Shown piece after piece: positions 21,126 through 31,149 of a DNA stretch of 64,000 nucleotides. Source of the stretch: Gammaproteobacteria bacterium (lineage in GTDB: Bacteria; Pseudomonadota; Gammaproteobacteria; Eutrophobiales; Eutrophobiaceae). Location: the NCBI GenBank assembly GCA_965116495.1, contig OZ220696.1:3616001-3680000 (forward strand), read 5' to 3'. The notes under the pieces were generated by a model that saw only the letters and a program-made list of their open reading frames with translations, searched no databases and was not told where the DNA came from. The position numbers and the translations under genes were made by a program. Positions within the stretch are counted from its first letter, which is position 1, and every line of letters starts with the position of its first letter.

Positions 21126-24100
21126 ATGGCAACTGTAAAAGAGATGATGATGCAAGATGCGGCTGCAAGCATCGAGACCTCATACATGATGGCTGTCGGC
21201 GATACGTTCGAAGGCAACCTAGACGGCCCGGGAGACTCAGACTGGATAGCGATCGAGCTGGAAGCGGGGACGACCTATGTAATCACTCTAATGGGCGCGG
21301 AAGAAGATGGGGCTGCCGATACCGTCCTGACGTTGCGTGATTCCAAGGGCGGCATGATTGCCATGAACGACGACATCAGATCTGTTGGAACGCCGCGAGA
21401 TGCGGCAGACCTCAACTCACAGGTTATGGTTCGAGTTGAACAGGACGGCACCTATTACATCGACGCCAGCAGCTACAACAGGATCCCCGGCGATGACAAT
21501 TCCGGCGATTACATGGTTACTGTCGAGGCGCTGGACCTGCCTGCGGATATCGTAGGTACCAAAGCCTCAGAGAAGATCGACGGCACAGACGCTTCGGAGT
21601 CAATTCATGGTCTGGAAGGAAACGACACGATCAACGGCATGGGCGGCGACGACGAGATAGACGGCGGCGCTGGCAATGACTTTATCACGGGCGGTCCCGG
21701 CGCCGATAAGATCAGTGGCGGTGACAATGCTCCAGATGATGAAGCTACTACTGAGGTAGATGAATCAGCTTTCGGCGACACCATATCCTACGAATATTCG
21801 CCAATGGGTGTCACCATCAACCTGAATGATGGCACGGCCAGGGGCGGCGATGCCGAGGGCGATGAGTTGGGTGACGACATCGAGAACGTGCGCGGTTCTA
21901 TGCATGACGATACACTGACCGGCACGGATGACCCCAGCAATCCTAACAGGTTGTGGGGTTTGGACGGAAACGACGTTCTCACTGGTAGAGAAGGCCCTGA
22001 CATACTCTCCGGCGGCGCCGGTGATGACATGCTGGACGGCGGCGATGAGGACGATACGCTGGAAGGCGGCTATGGCGCGGATACGCTGACCGGTGGTTTG
22101 GGCGCGGATACCGCCTCCTACGCCGGTTCCATGATGGGTGTCACGGTACGGCTGCATTCCGGCCAGGCCATGGGCGGCGATGCCGAGGGCGATATCTGGG
22201 GCGACATGGTAACCGTGCCGTACACCGTAGCGGCTGAGGATCCCGAGGACCCCGATGTGGAAATGGAGGAGACCGTACCGGATATTATCAATCTGACCGG
22301 TTCTCACATGGCCGATATACTGGCCGGCGATAGCAGGCACAACACTATCATGGGCAATGGCGGCGATGACAAGATCTACGGCGGCCCCGGCGGTGGTGAT
22401 GATGTGCTGCACGGCGGTGACGGCAATGACATGGTGTTCGGCGGCAGGGGCGATGACACTCACCGCGGTGGCGCGGGTAATGACACGCTGCATGGCGGCC
22501 CTGGCGCTGACGATTTTTATGGCGGCGCCGGTAATGACATGATCTATGCGGATCTTGATGATGATGTTATTGACGGAGGAAGTAATCCAGAAGGACATCC
22601 ACCGGATATGGACACCGTCTCATTTGCAAGATTGGTGGATATGAACGTTGGAACGAGTGCAGATGACCCATTTACCCTTGGGGCTCGCGCAGAGGATAGA
22701 ACAATACCCGCTGATGTTGATGCAGTAAACATCGAGCGTGTCATCGGTACGGACGAGGATGATTTTATAACCGGTGCAGATGAGTCAGCAGACGATGAAA
22801 ATGACGCAGGGGAAGAAATCGAAGGCGGCGACGGTGGCGATACGCTTGTTGGCGGCGCTGGTGGTGGTGATACCGTCTCCTACGAAAGTTCCGACCGCCG
22901 CGTGCGGGTGGATCTTGGCGATGGCACTGCCACCGGGGAGGCCGGATCGAGCAACTCCGGCGGTCACGCCACGGGGGACACCATCTCCGGTTTTGAGAAT
23001 ATCAAGGGTTCGGCCCATGGCGACGTCCTGACAGCCTTGGCTGGAACGGCTGGTCAGACCGCCGGCAGCACACTCTGGGGTCTCGGCGGTGATGACTCTC
23101 TGGTAGGCGGCCTTGGTAATGACACCATTGAAGGCGGCGCCGGTGCTGATGAGCTGGATGGTGGGCTTACAAGGGCTACAGCAGAGGATGAGACTACAGC
23201 AAATACCCAGGCCAACACCTTGTCCTATGCCGGTTCGGATGCGGGCGTAACGGTGAATCTGGTTACTTCAACCGCATCAGGCGGTCATGCCGAAGGTGAT
23301 GAAATTGAGACCTACGAACTCACGCTCGGTGAGGGAGACGATGAGACGGAAATCGATGTTGCCACCTTCGTAAACGTGACCGGGTCAATGCATAATGACC
23401 GCTTGACCGGTGATATGTTCGGTAACCATCTCACGGGTGGCGCTGGTGACGACCGCTTGAGCGGTGGCGCCGGAGAGGACGTGCTCTCTGGTGGCCCGGG
23501 CGCCGACAGGCTGGATGGTGGAAGTTCGACGCTGGCGGAAGAAGATGACGAGAACACGACAGATGTCAATGAGGCCACGACTCAGCATGAAGACTGGGCA
23601 GCTTATCGCGGCGCTATGGAAGGTGTTACGGTGAACCTGAACACCGGTATGGGCACCGGTGGAGACGCCATGGGTGACACGCTCAGGAATATCGAATTGA
23701 TATGGGGTTCCATGGCCACGGATAGCGGTGATACGTTCATAGCCAGTGAGGGTGCCGACATCATCCACGGAGATGGCGGTAGTGATACCGTGTCTTACGA
23801 AGCATCGAAGCATGGCGTTAACGTTGTATTGGTGGGTAACGGTGATACTACGTTCACTGCGGCTGCTGATACTGATACTCCGGATGACGAGAGTGGTGAC
23901 ACACCGGATATGTTTATCGCTGCAACTAATGAAATTCTTGGTTTTTGGAGAATGGGCGGAAATGATGCATCTGCTACTGGAGAGAGGCCGACGGCTGTTC
24001 AGCGTGCCGATACGGATACAACGACCAAGAGCTACGCTGAAGGTGACGTACTGGCCAGCATCGAAAACGTAACCGGTTCCCGTTCAGCCGACAAGATTAG

Positions 24101-24752
24101 CGGTGATGGTGTTCCCAATGTCATCAAGGGCGGTGGGGGCAATGATGAGTTGGCTGGCGGCGGGCAGAATGACACGCTGTACGGTGGCGCTGGTAATGAT
24201 ACGTTAGGAACAAGGTCTGAAATAGCAGCAGTGGATGTAAATGGAGACGGTGATACTGATGACCCTGGAGAAGCTGCAATAGCTGCGGTTATAGATGATC
24301 CCGGCGATGACACGATGTACGGTGATGCCGGCAATGATGACTTGTTCGGTGGCACTGGTAATGACACCTTGGACGGTGGTACCGGTGATGATGACTTGAC
24401 GGGTGGCAACGGCGTAGACACTTTTGTCTTCGGCCCGGACAACGGAAGTGACGTGATTATCAGCCTTCAAATCGAAGGGACCGCTGCTACCGCAGTTGGA
24501 AATCGTACTGGTAATGGCGATTACATCGATCTCACAGCTTTTGGGATCAGGGCGGGCGATTTGCCCGATCTCCTCAGTGAGCGAGCTGGCAATGTTATCG
24601 TTAACTTGGAAGACTACGGCGGCGGCAGAATTACCATTCAGGGTACGACAATAGACGCATTATCAACTGACGATTTTGCACTTATCCATAATGATACGAA
24701 TAGTGGTCCTGGCGTGGGTGATGGAGGAGCCGATGGTCTGTTCATCCTCTGA
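21126..24752 (+). CDS. RTX calcium-binding surface/secreted protein 1 (PPC-like N-terminal domain)
   Basis: Many GGxGxDxLx nonapeptides, no Sec signal, T1SS-type C-terminus; SD CAGGAG. Confidence 0.9.
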   Translation: MATVKEMMMQDAAASIETSYMMAVGDTFEGNLDGPGDSDWIAIELEAGTTYVITLMGAEEDGAADTVLTLRDSKGGMIAMNDDIRSVGTPRDAADLNSQVMVRVEQDGTYYIDASSYNRIPGDDNSGDYMVTVEALDLPADIVGTKASEKIDGTDASESIHGLEGNDTINGMGGDDEIDGGAGNDFITGGPGADKISGGDNAPDDEATTEVDESAFGDTISYEYSPMGVTINLNDGTARGGDAEGDELGDDIENVRGSMHDDTLTGTDDPSNPNRLWGLDGNDVLTGREGPDILSGGAGDDMLDGGDEDDTLEGGYGADTLTGGLGADTASYAGSMMGVTVRLHSGQAMGGDAEGDIWGDMVTVPYTVAAEDPEDPDVEMEETVPDIINLTGSHMADILAGDSRHNTIMGNGGDDKIYGGPGGGDDVLHGGDGNDMVFGGRGDDTHRGGAGNDTLHGGPGADDFYGGAGNDMIYADLDDDVIDGGSNPEGHPPDMDTVSFARLVDMNVGTSADDPFTLGARAEDRTIPADVDAVNIERVIGTDEDDFITGADESADDENDAGEEIEGGDGGDTLVGGAGGGDTVSYESSDRRVRVDLGDGTATGEAGSSNSGGHATGDTISGFENIKGSAHGDVLTALAGTAGQTAGSTLWGLGGDDSLVGGLGNDTIEGGAGADELDGGLTRATAEDETTANTQANTLSYAGSDAGVTVNLVTSTASGGHAEGDEIETYELTLGEGDDETEIDVATFVNVTGSMHNDRLTGDMFGNHLTGGAGDDRLSGGAGEDVLSGGPGADRLDGGSSTLAEEDDENTTDVNEATTQHEDWAAYRGAMEGVTVNLNTGMGTGGDAMGDTLRNIELIWGSMATDSGDTFIASEGADIIHGDGGSDTVSYEASKHGVNVVLVGNGDTTFTAAADTDTPDDESGDTPDMFIAATNEILGFWRMGGNDASATGERPTAVQRADTDTTTKSYAEGDVLASIENVTGSRSADKISGDGVPNVIKGGGGNDELAGGGQNDTLYGGAGNDTLGTRSEIAAVDVNGDGDTDDPGEAAIAAVIDDPGDDTMYGDAGNDDLFGGTGNDTLDGGTGDDDLTGGNGVDTFVFGPDNGSDVIISLQIEGTAATAVGNRTGNGDYIDLTAFGIRAGDLPDLLSERAGNVIVNLEDYGGGRITIQGTTIDALSTDDFALIHNDTNSGPGVGDGGADGLFIL

Positions 24753-24800
24753 TAGTTGAGAGTAAACCAATCTTCCTGATTTCACGGAAGTAAACGACTA

Positions 24801-24851
24801 CAGGGGCGGTTTAAACGGGGAAACCTGTTTAAACTGGCCCCTGTTTTATTT
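24801..24851 (+). terminator. intrinsic terminator of RTX gene 1
   Basis: CAGGGGC..GTTTAAAC..GTTTAAAC..GCCCCTG hairpin followed by TTTTATTT; conserved after RTX genes 2 and 3. Confidence 0.75.
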
Positions 24852-25252
24852 GTACCCCCCAGTCGTTCCGGGCTTGACCCGGAACCCAGTCATTTACCGA
24901 GTTACCTATGGATTCCGGCGTTCGCCAGAATAACGGGGTAGAGTAATTCAGGACACCCGTAAATTAGATAGCCGTACCTGTAGCCTTCCAGGGTCGGACG
25001 GAAAAAATTGGAGATAAACAATAAAGTATCATGCTTTCATAATTCTAAGTTATTGATTTTATTAGGTAGCGTTTTTGTGATAAAACCGAAAGTATCATAC
25101 TTTGGATTCAATTTAGTTCTAATCTGCTCATTAAACCGAACAAAGAAATCACCCTTGCCTGCACGAGACAACCTGTTCATTACATAAAATAATGAGCAAC
25201 AACGAGTTCACATTTACAAGAAAGCACTCTCTCTGCTACTATTAATCATAAG

Positions 25253-25489
25253 GTGAACAAAATGAGCGCAATAGACCTCTACCAAGTACTACGCGAGATA
25301 CCAAACGTATCCGAAGAACAAGCCAAACAGGCCGTCAGTGGTCTGGAACAACCAAAAGGCATCAATAACATTGAAGAACGCGTCAAAAATACCGAAGAAC
25401 GGCTGATTAAAGTTGAAACCAAAATCAACTACAGCATAGCCCTCCAGATTGGTATATTCCTAACGGCACTAAGTATTGCTTTTGGATAA
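25253..25489 (+). CDS. small coiled-coil protein with C-terminal membrane anchor (DUF1640/CCDC90-like)
   Basis: LYQVLREIP..SEEQAK, a coiled coil and a hydrophobic tail. Confidence 0.6.
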   Translation: MNKMSAIDLYQVLREIPNVSEEQAKQAVSGLEQPKGINNIEERVKNTEERLIKVETKINYSIALQIGIFLTALSIAFG

Positions 25490-25685
25490 CCCCGATACTC
25501 ATCAGCATCATAAGAACATCTTAAAAACCTCTTCCGTTCCCTGCTAACAAGAACTGTTGAGCGTCCAAGTTTATCGTACAAAAGTATGATACTTTCTTGT
25601 AGGTATGATACTTCTTTGTGAATGAACAAAAATCACGCAACGATATTTGTACAAGTCGGAATAAGCATTATGAACGCCTGCTGCG

Positions 25686-25868
25686 CGGTCGCTTGAGAAT
25701 GGTGGTATTTTTCCAATGGACGCCGTCCACCTAGCCCTTGCATCAACGGCTGATGTCGATTTTTTCTGTACCTGCGACGACGAACTTTTAAGAAAAAGCC
25801 TTTTAGTGTCCGATCTTAAGTGTAATGTAGTATCCATTCTTGATCTGGCTGTGGAGATTTTACAATGA
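25686..25868 (+). pseudogene. 5'-truncated PIN-domain (VapC-like) toxin
   Basis: Manual frame gives MDAVHLALASTADVDFFCTCDDELLRK..EILQ*; its stop overlaps the next ATG; the N-terminal half is missing. Confidence 0.65.
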
Positions 25869-26083
25869 GCGCACGTATTCAACCTCTTTCTGAACTGAAC
25901 CAACAGGTAACTGACGCATTGATTCGGGAAGTAGGCGTGGTCGATACCATTCGTTTCCTGAACCAGTACAGAACCGGGTATGGCGATTACACTACAGAGC
26001 GAGAAGGACTGTTTCAGGGCATGACGACGAAGGATATTATCAACGATATCAAAGCTCATCGTAAAGAAAAGGAAGGTAAATAG
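25865..26083 (+). CDS. small putative antitoxin partner of the PIN gene
   Basis: ALIREVGVVDTIRFLNQYRTGYGDYTTER; coupled to the PIN fragment by an ATGA overlap. Confidence 0.6.
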   Translation: MSARIQPLSELNQQVTDALIREVGVVDTIRFLNQYRTGYGDYTTEREGLFQGMTTKDIINDIKAHRKEKEGK

Positions 26084-26245
26084 AAAGAGCAAAAATACCC
26101 AAAGAACACACCCACAAATCCACCCCTTCCGCCATTTCCACGCAAGCGGGAATCCATTTTATATCCAGCCTCATTCTGTCGTTCCGGGCTTGACCCGGAA
26201 CCCAGTCATTTACCGAGTTACCTATGGATTCTGGCGTTATAAGCA

Positions 26246-27556
26246 TTATGAACGCCTGCTGCGCCGGTGCCAAATATCCACGATCAGGGCAATCAGGATC
26301 AAGCCGAATTCGAGTGGGCGCACCCACACCGGATGGGCAAACGGTTCCAGGTTGTAGTTGCCCAGGTTGAGCCCCGTGATATAGGAAAGGAACAGCGCCC
26401 AGGAGGCTGTCCACGCCCAGAAACTGGGATAGACAACGGCGAAGGGCAATAACCAGAGCACATACCAGGGATTGATCACCGGGGCGGCGAACAGGAACAG
26501 ACCGTAAATCCAGTCCCCCCGGGGGATCTCTCCCGGGGTTTCCCGGCGGTAGCGCAGCCAGTAGGCGCTGCCGAGCGCCAGCAGCCCGGCAGCCAGCAGC
26601 AGTTTTGCGTCAGCATCGGGGAGCCATTGTGTCAGCATCCCATACAAGGCCGCGTTGAACTCCCAGGCGCGGGCGAACACAGCCAGGGATGCTGTATCCG
26701 TGCTTCCCTGAAGCAGGAATGGCAGGTACAACAGGGCGAGAACGGCGCCGAACACGAGCCATGCGCGCAGACCTGTGCGCGCCAGGACAAACGGCGCCAG
26801 CAGGAGGGCAAGCATCTTGGCGCCTGCGGCAAGAGCCAGGCAGGCTGCAGCGCTGCAGGCATATTCGCGCCGGCGCAGCAGCACGGCTGCAACGAGCAGG
26901 CAGGCGCCCATGCCGTCCGGATGGGCGGTAAAGGCGATTTCCTTGATAACCAACGGGCACCAGGCGTACAGCAGCACATATCCCGCAGGGGCGGCGGACA
27001 GCAGCAGTCGAATGAGCAGGATATCAAAACCGATGAACAGCAGTTGCAGCGGGACCAGGCTGCCGGCTTTCAGAAAATAGCTCAACAGGAAGGCATATTG
27101 GCTGACAGGCCCGTAGATTGTGGGTAAATCCGGGTAGTTGACCTGGTCCAGGATACGCTGGAACTCGACCGGTACCCCGGGGTCGTTGAAGGAATCCGTC
27201 GGCGCCCAGCCATACGGCGTGCCGGTTTCGGCAAAACGGTATCCGTCCCACAGGTAGCGGAACCAGTCGTCTTCGAACAGGGGCACACCGAACATACCGC
27301 AGCAGCGGAATAATAGCGCCCAGATGATCAGGCGTCCTGCAGGCAGCATCCCGGGCTGATGCCTGAACGCGGCAAACACCACAAGCAGCGGCAGCGTCAC
27401 CCAGCCCAGCAGCAGGAAGAAGCCCGGTAATTCCGGCGCCCAGGCCGTTCCGCGTGAATACCAGGCAAGTGCGGCATAGCCTGTCAGGCACACCAGCCCG
27501 CAAGCGTCTACAACCCTGTTGCGCCCCTGGCTGGTGAGTAAAATATGATCCGGCAC
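26246..27556 (-). CDS. polytopic membrane glycosyltransferase (GT-C fold, GT87-like)
   Basis: FEDDWFRYLWDG, PTIYGP, YAWCPL, INPWY; start uncertain (GTG 27556 assumed). Confidence 0.7.
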   Translation of the reverse strand: MPDHILLTSQGRNRVVDACGLVCLTGYAALAWYSRGTAWAPELPGFFLLLGWVTLPLLVVFAAFRHQPGMLPAGRLIIWALLFRCCGMFGVPLFEDDWFRYLWDGYRFAETGTPYGWAPTDSFNDPGVPVEFQRILDQVNYPDLPTIYGPVSQYAFLLSYFLKAGSLVPLQLLFIGFDILLIRLLLSAAPAGYVLLYAWCPLVIKEIAFTAHPDGMGACLLVAAVLLRRREYACSAAACLALAAGAKMLALLLAPFVLARTGLRAWLVFGAVLALLYLPFLLQGSTDTASLAVFARAWEFNAALYGMLTQWLPDADAKLLLAAGLLALGSAYWLRYRRETPGEIPRGDWIYGLFLFAAPVINPWYVLWLLPFAVVYPSFWAWTASWALFLSYITGLNLGNYNLEPFAHPVWVRPLEFGLILIALIVDIWHRRSRRS

Positions 27557-27660
27557 ACTAGTTTTGTAGTACTCTAAAATTTGTGGGTGTCCCGAACTAC
27601 ATCCTGAACTACATTCGTCCTGAACCACATCCGTCATTCCTGCGGAAGCAGGAATCCAGT

Positions 27661-27809
27661 GGGTTCCGGCTCAAGCCGGAACGACGTGGTGGGCTCCTGC
27701 TCAAGCCGGAACGACGTGGTGGGCTCCTGCTCAAGCCGGAACGACGTGGTGGGCTCCTGCTCAAGCCGGAACGACGTGGTGGGCTCCTGCTCAAGCCGGA
27801 ACGACGTGG
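27661..27809. repeat. ~5 tandem 30-bp REP-derived units (GGGCTCCTGCTCAAGCCGGAACGACGTGGT)
   Basis: Directly visible tandem array with no spacers. Confidence 0.9.
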
Positions 27810-27856
27810 AGCGCTCTGGGTGCGTTCAGGTTCCAGTCGTAGTAGTCGTGGAGTGC

Positions 27857-28684
27857 TCAGGGTGCGTTCAGGTTCCAGTCGTAGTAGTCGTCGAAGCTGT
27901 TGTAGTTACCCAGGGTTTTGGCCAGTTCGGGTTCTGCATATTTCTTCAGGTGGGCAAGCACACCGGTATCGGTGTTGCCGAAATCGACCTTGTACCAGTC
28001 GTAGATGCTGGAAACCACTAACTTATCACCTTGTACCTGCACACCCCGGGGGTGGTTGACGTAGTCCCTGGCCGTCTGCTCCAGCAGCCTCTCAAGATTA
28101 TCGGAGCGGAATGTCTCCGGATGCAGGTTAGGGCAGCCGATGCTGGCGCAGTTCACCGCGTAGTGAATACGCGGGTCTTTCCATATGGGCCGCAGTATGC
28201 CATGTTCTATCTGGTTCAAGGTCAGTTTCTGGCCCTGCAGGGGAAACAGTTCCAGGTTCCAGGGGCCGAAGTCTATGATGCCGCTCTTGATATCCTTGAT
28301 CGAGTCCACCGGGTAGCGCGGGACGATAACGAAAACGGTCAGCGCATTGTAGAGGTTGATCCAGTAGGCCATCTGTTCATCCCTGGAGAAAGTACGCGGG
28401 TCGATACCGGCCAGGCTCTTCAGATAAGAGGACAGAGTCTTGCGGTCCGCCGCATTGGCTTTCAGAGCGCCGTAGTCAAAGCGGTTGACGCCGGAGGGGT
28501 GGCCGGTTTTCAGGTAGGTATCCAGGAGTGCCTGCCAGGGTGAGTGATCAATGACGGTAGTGCTGGCTTCATCGCTCGTATCCCAGCCGGCGATGAGTTC
28601 CGGTTCGGGGGCCGCATTGGCGGGCATCCAGACGGAAACGGCCAGTGCTGCTAAAGCCAGTGCAGATAAAAGGGTTTTATTCAT
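27857..28684 (-). CDS. DUF547 domain secreted protein
   Basis: Signal peptide, AYWINLYNA, DPRIHYAVNCASIGCP, YDWNLN. Confidence 0.88.
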   Translation of the reverse strand: MNKTLLSALALAALAVSVWMPANAAPEPELIAGWDTSDEASTTVIDHSPWQALLDTYLKTGHPSGVNRFDYGALKANAADRKTLSSYLKSLAGIDPRTFSRDEQMAYWINLYNALTVFVIVPRYPVDSIKDIKSGIIDFGPWNLELFPLQGQKLTLNQIEHGILRPIWKDPRIHYAVNCASIGCPNLHPETFRSDNLERLLEQTARDYVNHPRGVQVQGDKLVVSSIYDWYKVDFGNTDTGVLAHLKKYAEPELAKTLGNYNSFDDYYDWNLNAP

Positions 28685-28691
28685 AATTGAG

Positions 28692-29423
28692 TTACCTGTA
28701 TCGATATTGGCAGTATTGCTGCCAGCGGAGTTTGGCGATCATGCACAGGATGCCCGTGCTGGCCGCGACTGCACCCCGCAGGGTGCCGCTGATCTTGGAC
28801 TTGCCGATACGCACCCGGGTATCCACCGGCACCTCGACCGTTTCCAGACCCTGTTGCATTGCCTTGACCTGCATCTCCACGGTCCAGCCGAAGCGGGTAT
28901 CCGCCATATTCAGTGTGGTGAATGCATCATAGCGGATGGCCCGGTACGGACCCAGGTCGGTTATCCGCTGTCCCCACAGGAGCCGGATCAGGGCACAGAT
29001 TATGCGGTTGCCCAGCGCCTGGCCCGGAGATAAGGCGCCGCGCGCCGGACGGCCCAGGGTACGGGAACCGATGGCCAGGTCGGCGCCTGCAGCAATACAA
29101 TCCAGCAGGTTCGTTACCTGCGCTGCATCAAACGCATGGTCGCCGTCAATAAAAACAATAACGTCCGGTCTCTGCAGTGTCTTTATGGCAGCCAGGCAGG
29201 CGCTGCCGTAACCTGCCTGTTGCTCGTGGACCACGCGGGCGCCGGCGTCCCGCGCGCGCAGTGCCGTCATATCGTTGGAACCGTTATCACAGACAACCAG
29301 GTCGTCTACCACCGGCGTATTGTCTGCATTGCGCAAAGACCGCAATTCGCGCACGACCATACCAATGGATTGTTCTTCGTTCAGAGCCGGTATCACTACT
29401 GCGACACTCATGTTGTTATACAT
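28692..29423 (-). CDS. GT2-family glycosyltransferase
   Basis: VVIPALNEE, DNGSND, GYGSAC, FIDGD, TDLGPYRAIR. Confidence 0.9.
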   Translation of the reverse strand: MYNNMSVAVVIPALNEEQSIGMVVRELRSLRNADNTPVVDDLVVCDNGSNDMTALRARDAGARVVHEQQAGYGSACLAAIKTLQRPDVIVFIDGDHAFDAAQVTNLLDCIAAGADLAIGSRTLGRPARGALSPGQALGNRIICALIRLLWGQRITDLGPYRAIRYDAFTTLNMADTRFGWTVEMQVKAMQQGLETVEVPVDTRVRIGKSKISGTLRGAVAASTGILCMIAKLRWQQYCQYRYR

Positions 29424-29473
29424 GCCGTATCAAACCCCGCGCACGGACCTGCCACTGTGATGGGTAAGCGGGC

Positions 29474-30322
29474 TTACTGCCCCCCCGGGTTGTAGATGTC
29501 GAAGGTATACGTGATCGAGCCCAGGATGGCATCGAAATCGGCGGTATTACGGCCGTCCAGGATGCTGAACCAGTTCAGCCCCAGGCTGATCTGGTCGGTC
29601 AGGTTGAACGACCCGCCCACCGCGATGCGGTCGATATCCTCGTCGGTCTCAGGGAAACGGGCCGGGCTGAAGCCGTATCCACCGATGTCCAGGTCGCCGT
29701 CGGACATGGTCTTGTGGTAGCGTGCGGACAGGGCCAGTTTCGGCGATACCAGAAAGTAAGCGGCAGCGTTGAGGAACGTCTCGCCCGGGACATTGCGGTT
29801 GCGTTCCCGGCGTCCGACTTCGCCGGACAATGCAAACCTGTTGTGGAAGATTTTTCCGATGATCAGGGACCCTTCGAAGCCGTCCCCGCCATCGCCGACG
29901 GACCAGGGCATGCCGGTATCGTAATCACCGGCAATAATGCCGGCCACACGCACTGCAACACTGGGCGCGCCGGCCTCGCTGATATCTTCATCGATAACCC
30001 GCCAGGTAAGCCCTATTGTCGTGTCAGTCATCCCGTCGGATTCCATGCCGTTGTCCGCTTCCACCTCGGAGTGGCCGCCCTGAACGTCCAGTGCCACCGA
30101 TTCGGCCAGACCGTAGTTCAGGGTCACCCAGGTCGTATTCTGCTCGATGCCGCCGAACGGGAGACGCCGCCGGTCCTTGCCGCGATAGAACTTCTCTGCA
30201 TCCTGGTATACGTGGGAGACGCTTAAGGAACCGGACCTGGGGACAGGCAACCAAGGCGAACCCTCGCCCCAGACCGGGGTGCTGAGCGATGTGATAAGAA
30301 TGAGTGTAATAAAGTGTCGCAT
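29474..30322 (-). CDS. putative outer-membrane beta-barrel protein
   Basis: Signal peptide MRHFITLILITSL, alternating beta-strand pattern, terminal ITYTF. Confidence 0.55.
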   Translation of the reverse strand: MRHFITLILITSLSTPVWGEGSPWLPVPRSGSLSVSHVYQDAEKFYRGKDRRRLPFGGIEQNTTWVTLNYGLAESVALDVQGGHSEVEADNGMESDGMTDTTIGLTWRVIDEDISEAGAPSVAVRVAGIIAGDYDTGMPWSVGDGGDGFEGSLIIGKIFHNRFALSGEVGRRERNRNVPGETFLNAAAYFLVSPKLALSARYHKTMSDGDLDIGGYGFSPARFPETDEDIDRIAVGGSFNLTDQISLGLNWFSILDGRNTADFDAILGSITYTFDIYNPGGQ

Positions 30323-30342
30323 CAGGGGTCTGCGTACCGGCC

Positions 30343-30762
30343 TCAGCCTTTGATGTTGAAACGCCGGGTCAGGTAATACTGCACCATCTCCTGCTCGTCG
30401 GGACGGCCGGCACAATCGCCGGCGTTTTCACCGGGGCACAACACGCTGATAATGGAGTCGTTTTCCGATTCCTCGAATTTAAGCTCTGCCCGCGTGCGCA
30501 GGCTCTCGACCAGGTCGGCAGCGAGGCTGTTTGATATCTGGTTACGCTTGACAGGGCACTCGGACCGGCTGCAGGCGACCTTCCTGAAGAACGCCACCTT
30601 GCCCTGTTTGTACAACTGGCCGTATTGGCTACCGACACCGCTGCTGCCGGTACTGATGGAACCGGAGGCGAGAGTGGCGGGTGAGAGCAGGGTGACCAGT
30701 GCGCTAAAACAGACAACGACATACAACAGATCTTTTATTGAAGGCTTCAGACAGATCATCAT
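30343..30762 (-). CDS. hypothetical secreted protein with four Cys
   Basis: Signal-peptide-like N-terminus; co-oriented with the downstream cluster. Confidence 0.55.
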   Translation of the reverse strand: MMICLKPSIKDLLYVVVCFSALVTLLSPATLASGSISTGSSGVGSQYGQLYKQGKVAFFRKVACSRSECPVKRNQISNSLAADLVESLRTRAELKFEESENDSIISVLCPGENAGDCAGRPDEQEMVQYYLTRRFNIKG

Positions 30763-30898
30763 TATCCTCTCTCTATAGAGTGAGCATGAACTTAACGAGA
30801 AACTAATGGGTTTATAAATATATCGGGATAGTGAGTCAAGGATTATTTGTTACAGAGGTTTGCGGACAACGTGATTTATGGGTGTCCTGAATTATCAT

Positions 30899-30914
30899 TG
30901 TGAGTTTTATCACA
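30899..30914. promoter_or_regulatory. CRP-type box upstream of tRNA-like copy 1
   Basis: TGTGA-GTTTTA-TCACA; -10 TAAAAT at 30955-30960. Confidence 0.7.
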
Positions 30915-31007
30915 AAAGACGACAGATTTTCTGCAGCAGAAAACGGGAACCGGATAAAATCGACAGGTATAGAAAAACCCGTCCCCCGAGAAGGACGGGT
31001 CGTTTTT

Positions 31008-31109
31008 GCCCGGGTGGTGAAACTGGTAAACACAGGGGACCGTCACTCCCCCGGCCTCTGTAGTACAAGCTACATGCCTTACGGGTTCGAAGCCCGTCCC
31101 GGGCAGCCA
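31008..31109 (+). tRNA. tRNA-like element copy 1: Leu-type body, GUC anticodon, 29-nt variable arm (slightly degenerate)
   Basis: GCCCGGG/CCCGGGC acceptor stem, GTG..GG..CAC D arm, GGGGA-CCGTCAC-TCCCC anticodon arm, ACGGG-TTCGAAG-CCCGT T arm, ends AGCCA. Confidence 0.75.
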
Positions 31110-31120
31110 AAGGCCGTGTC

Positions 31121-31149
31121 AGTATCCTACAGGGATGGAGGGTTGTCAA
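31121..31149 (-). promoter_or_regulatory. sigma70 promoter antisense to tRNA-like copy 1
   Basis: TTGACA-17bp-GATACT on the minus strand. Confidence 0.7.

Noticed and set aside
27661-27809. Possible CRISPR arrays (also 460-557, 15680-15780, 58915-59030)
   Set aside because: The units are contiguous REP-derived tandem repeats with no unique spacers, and no cas genes are present.
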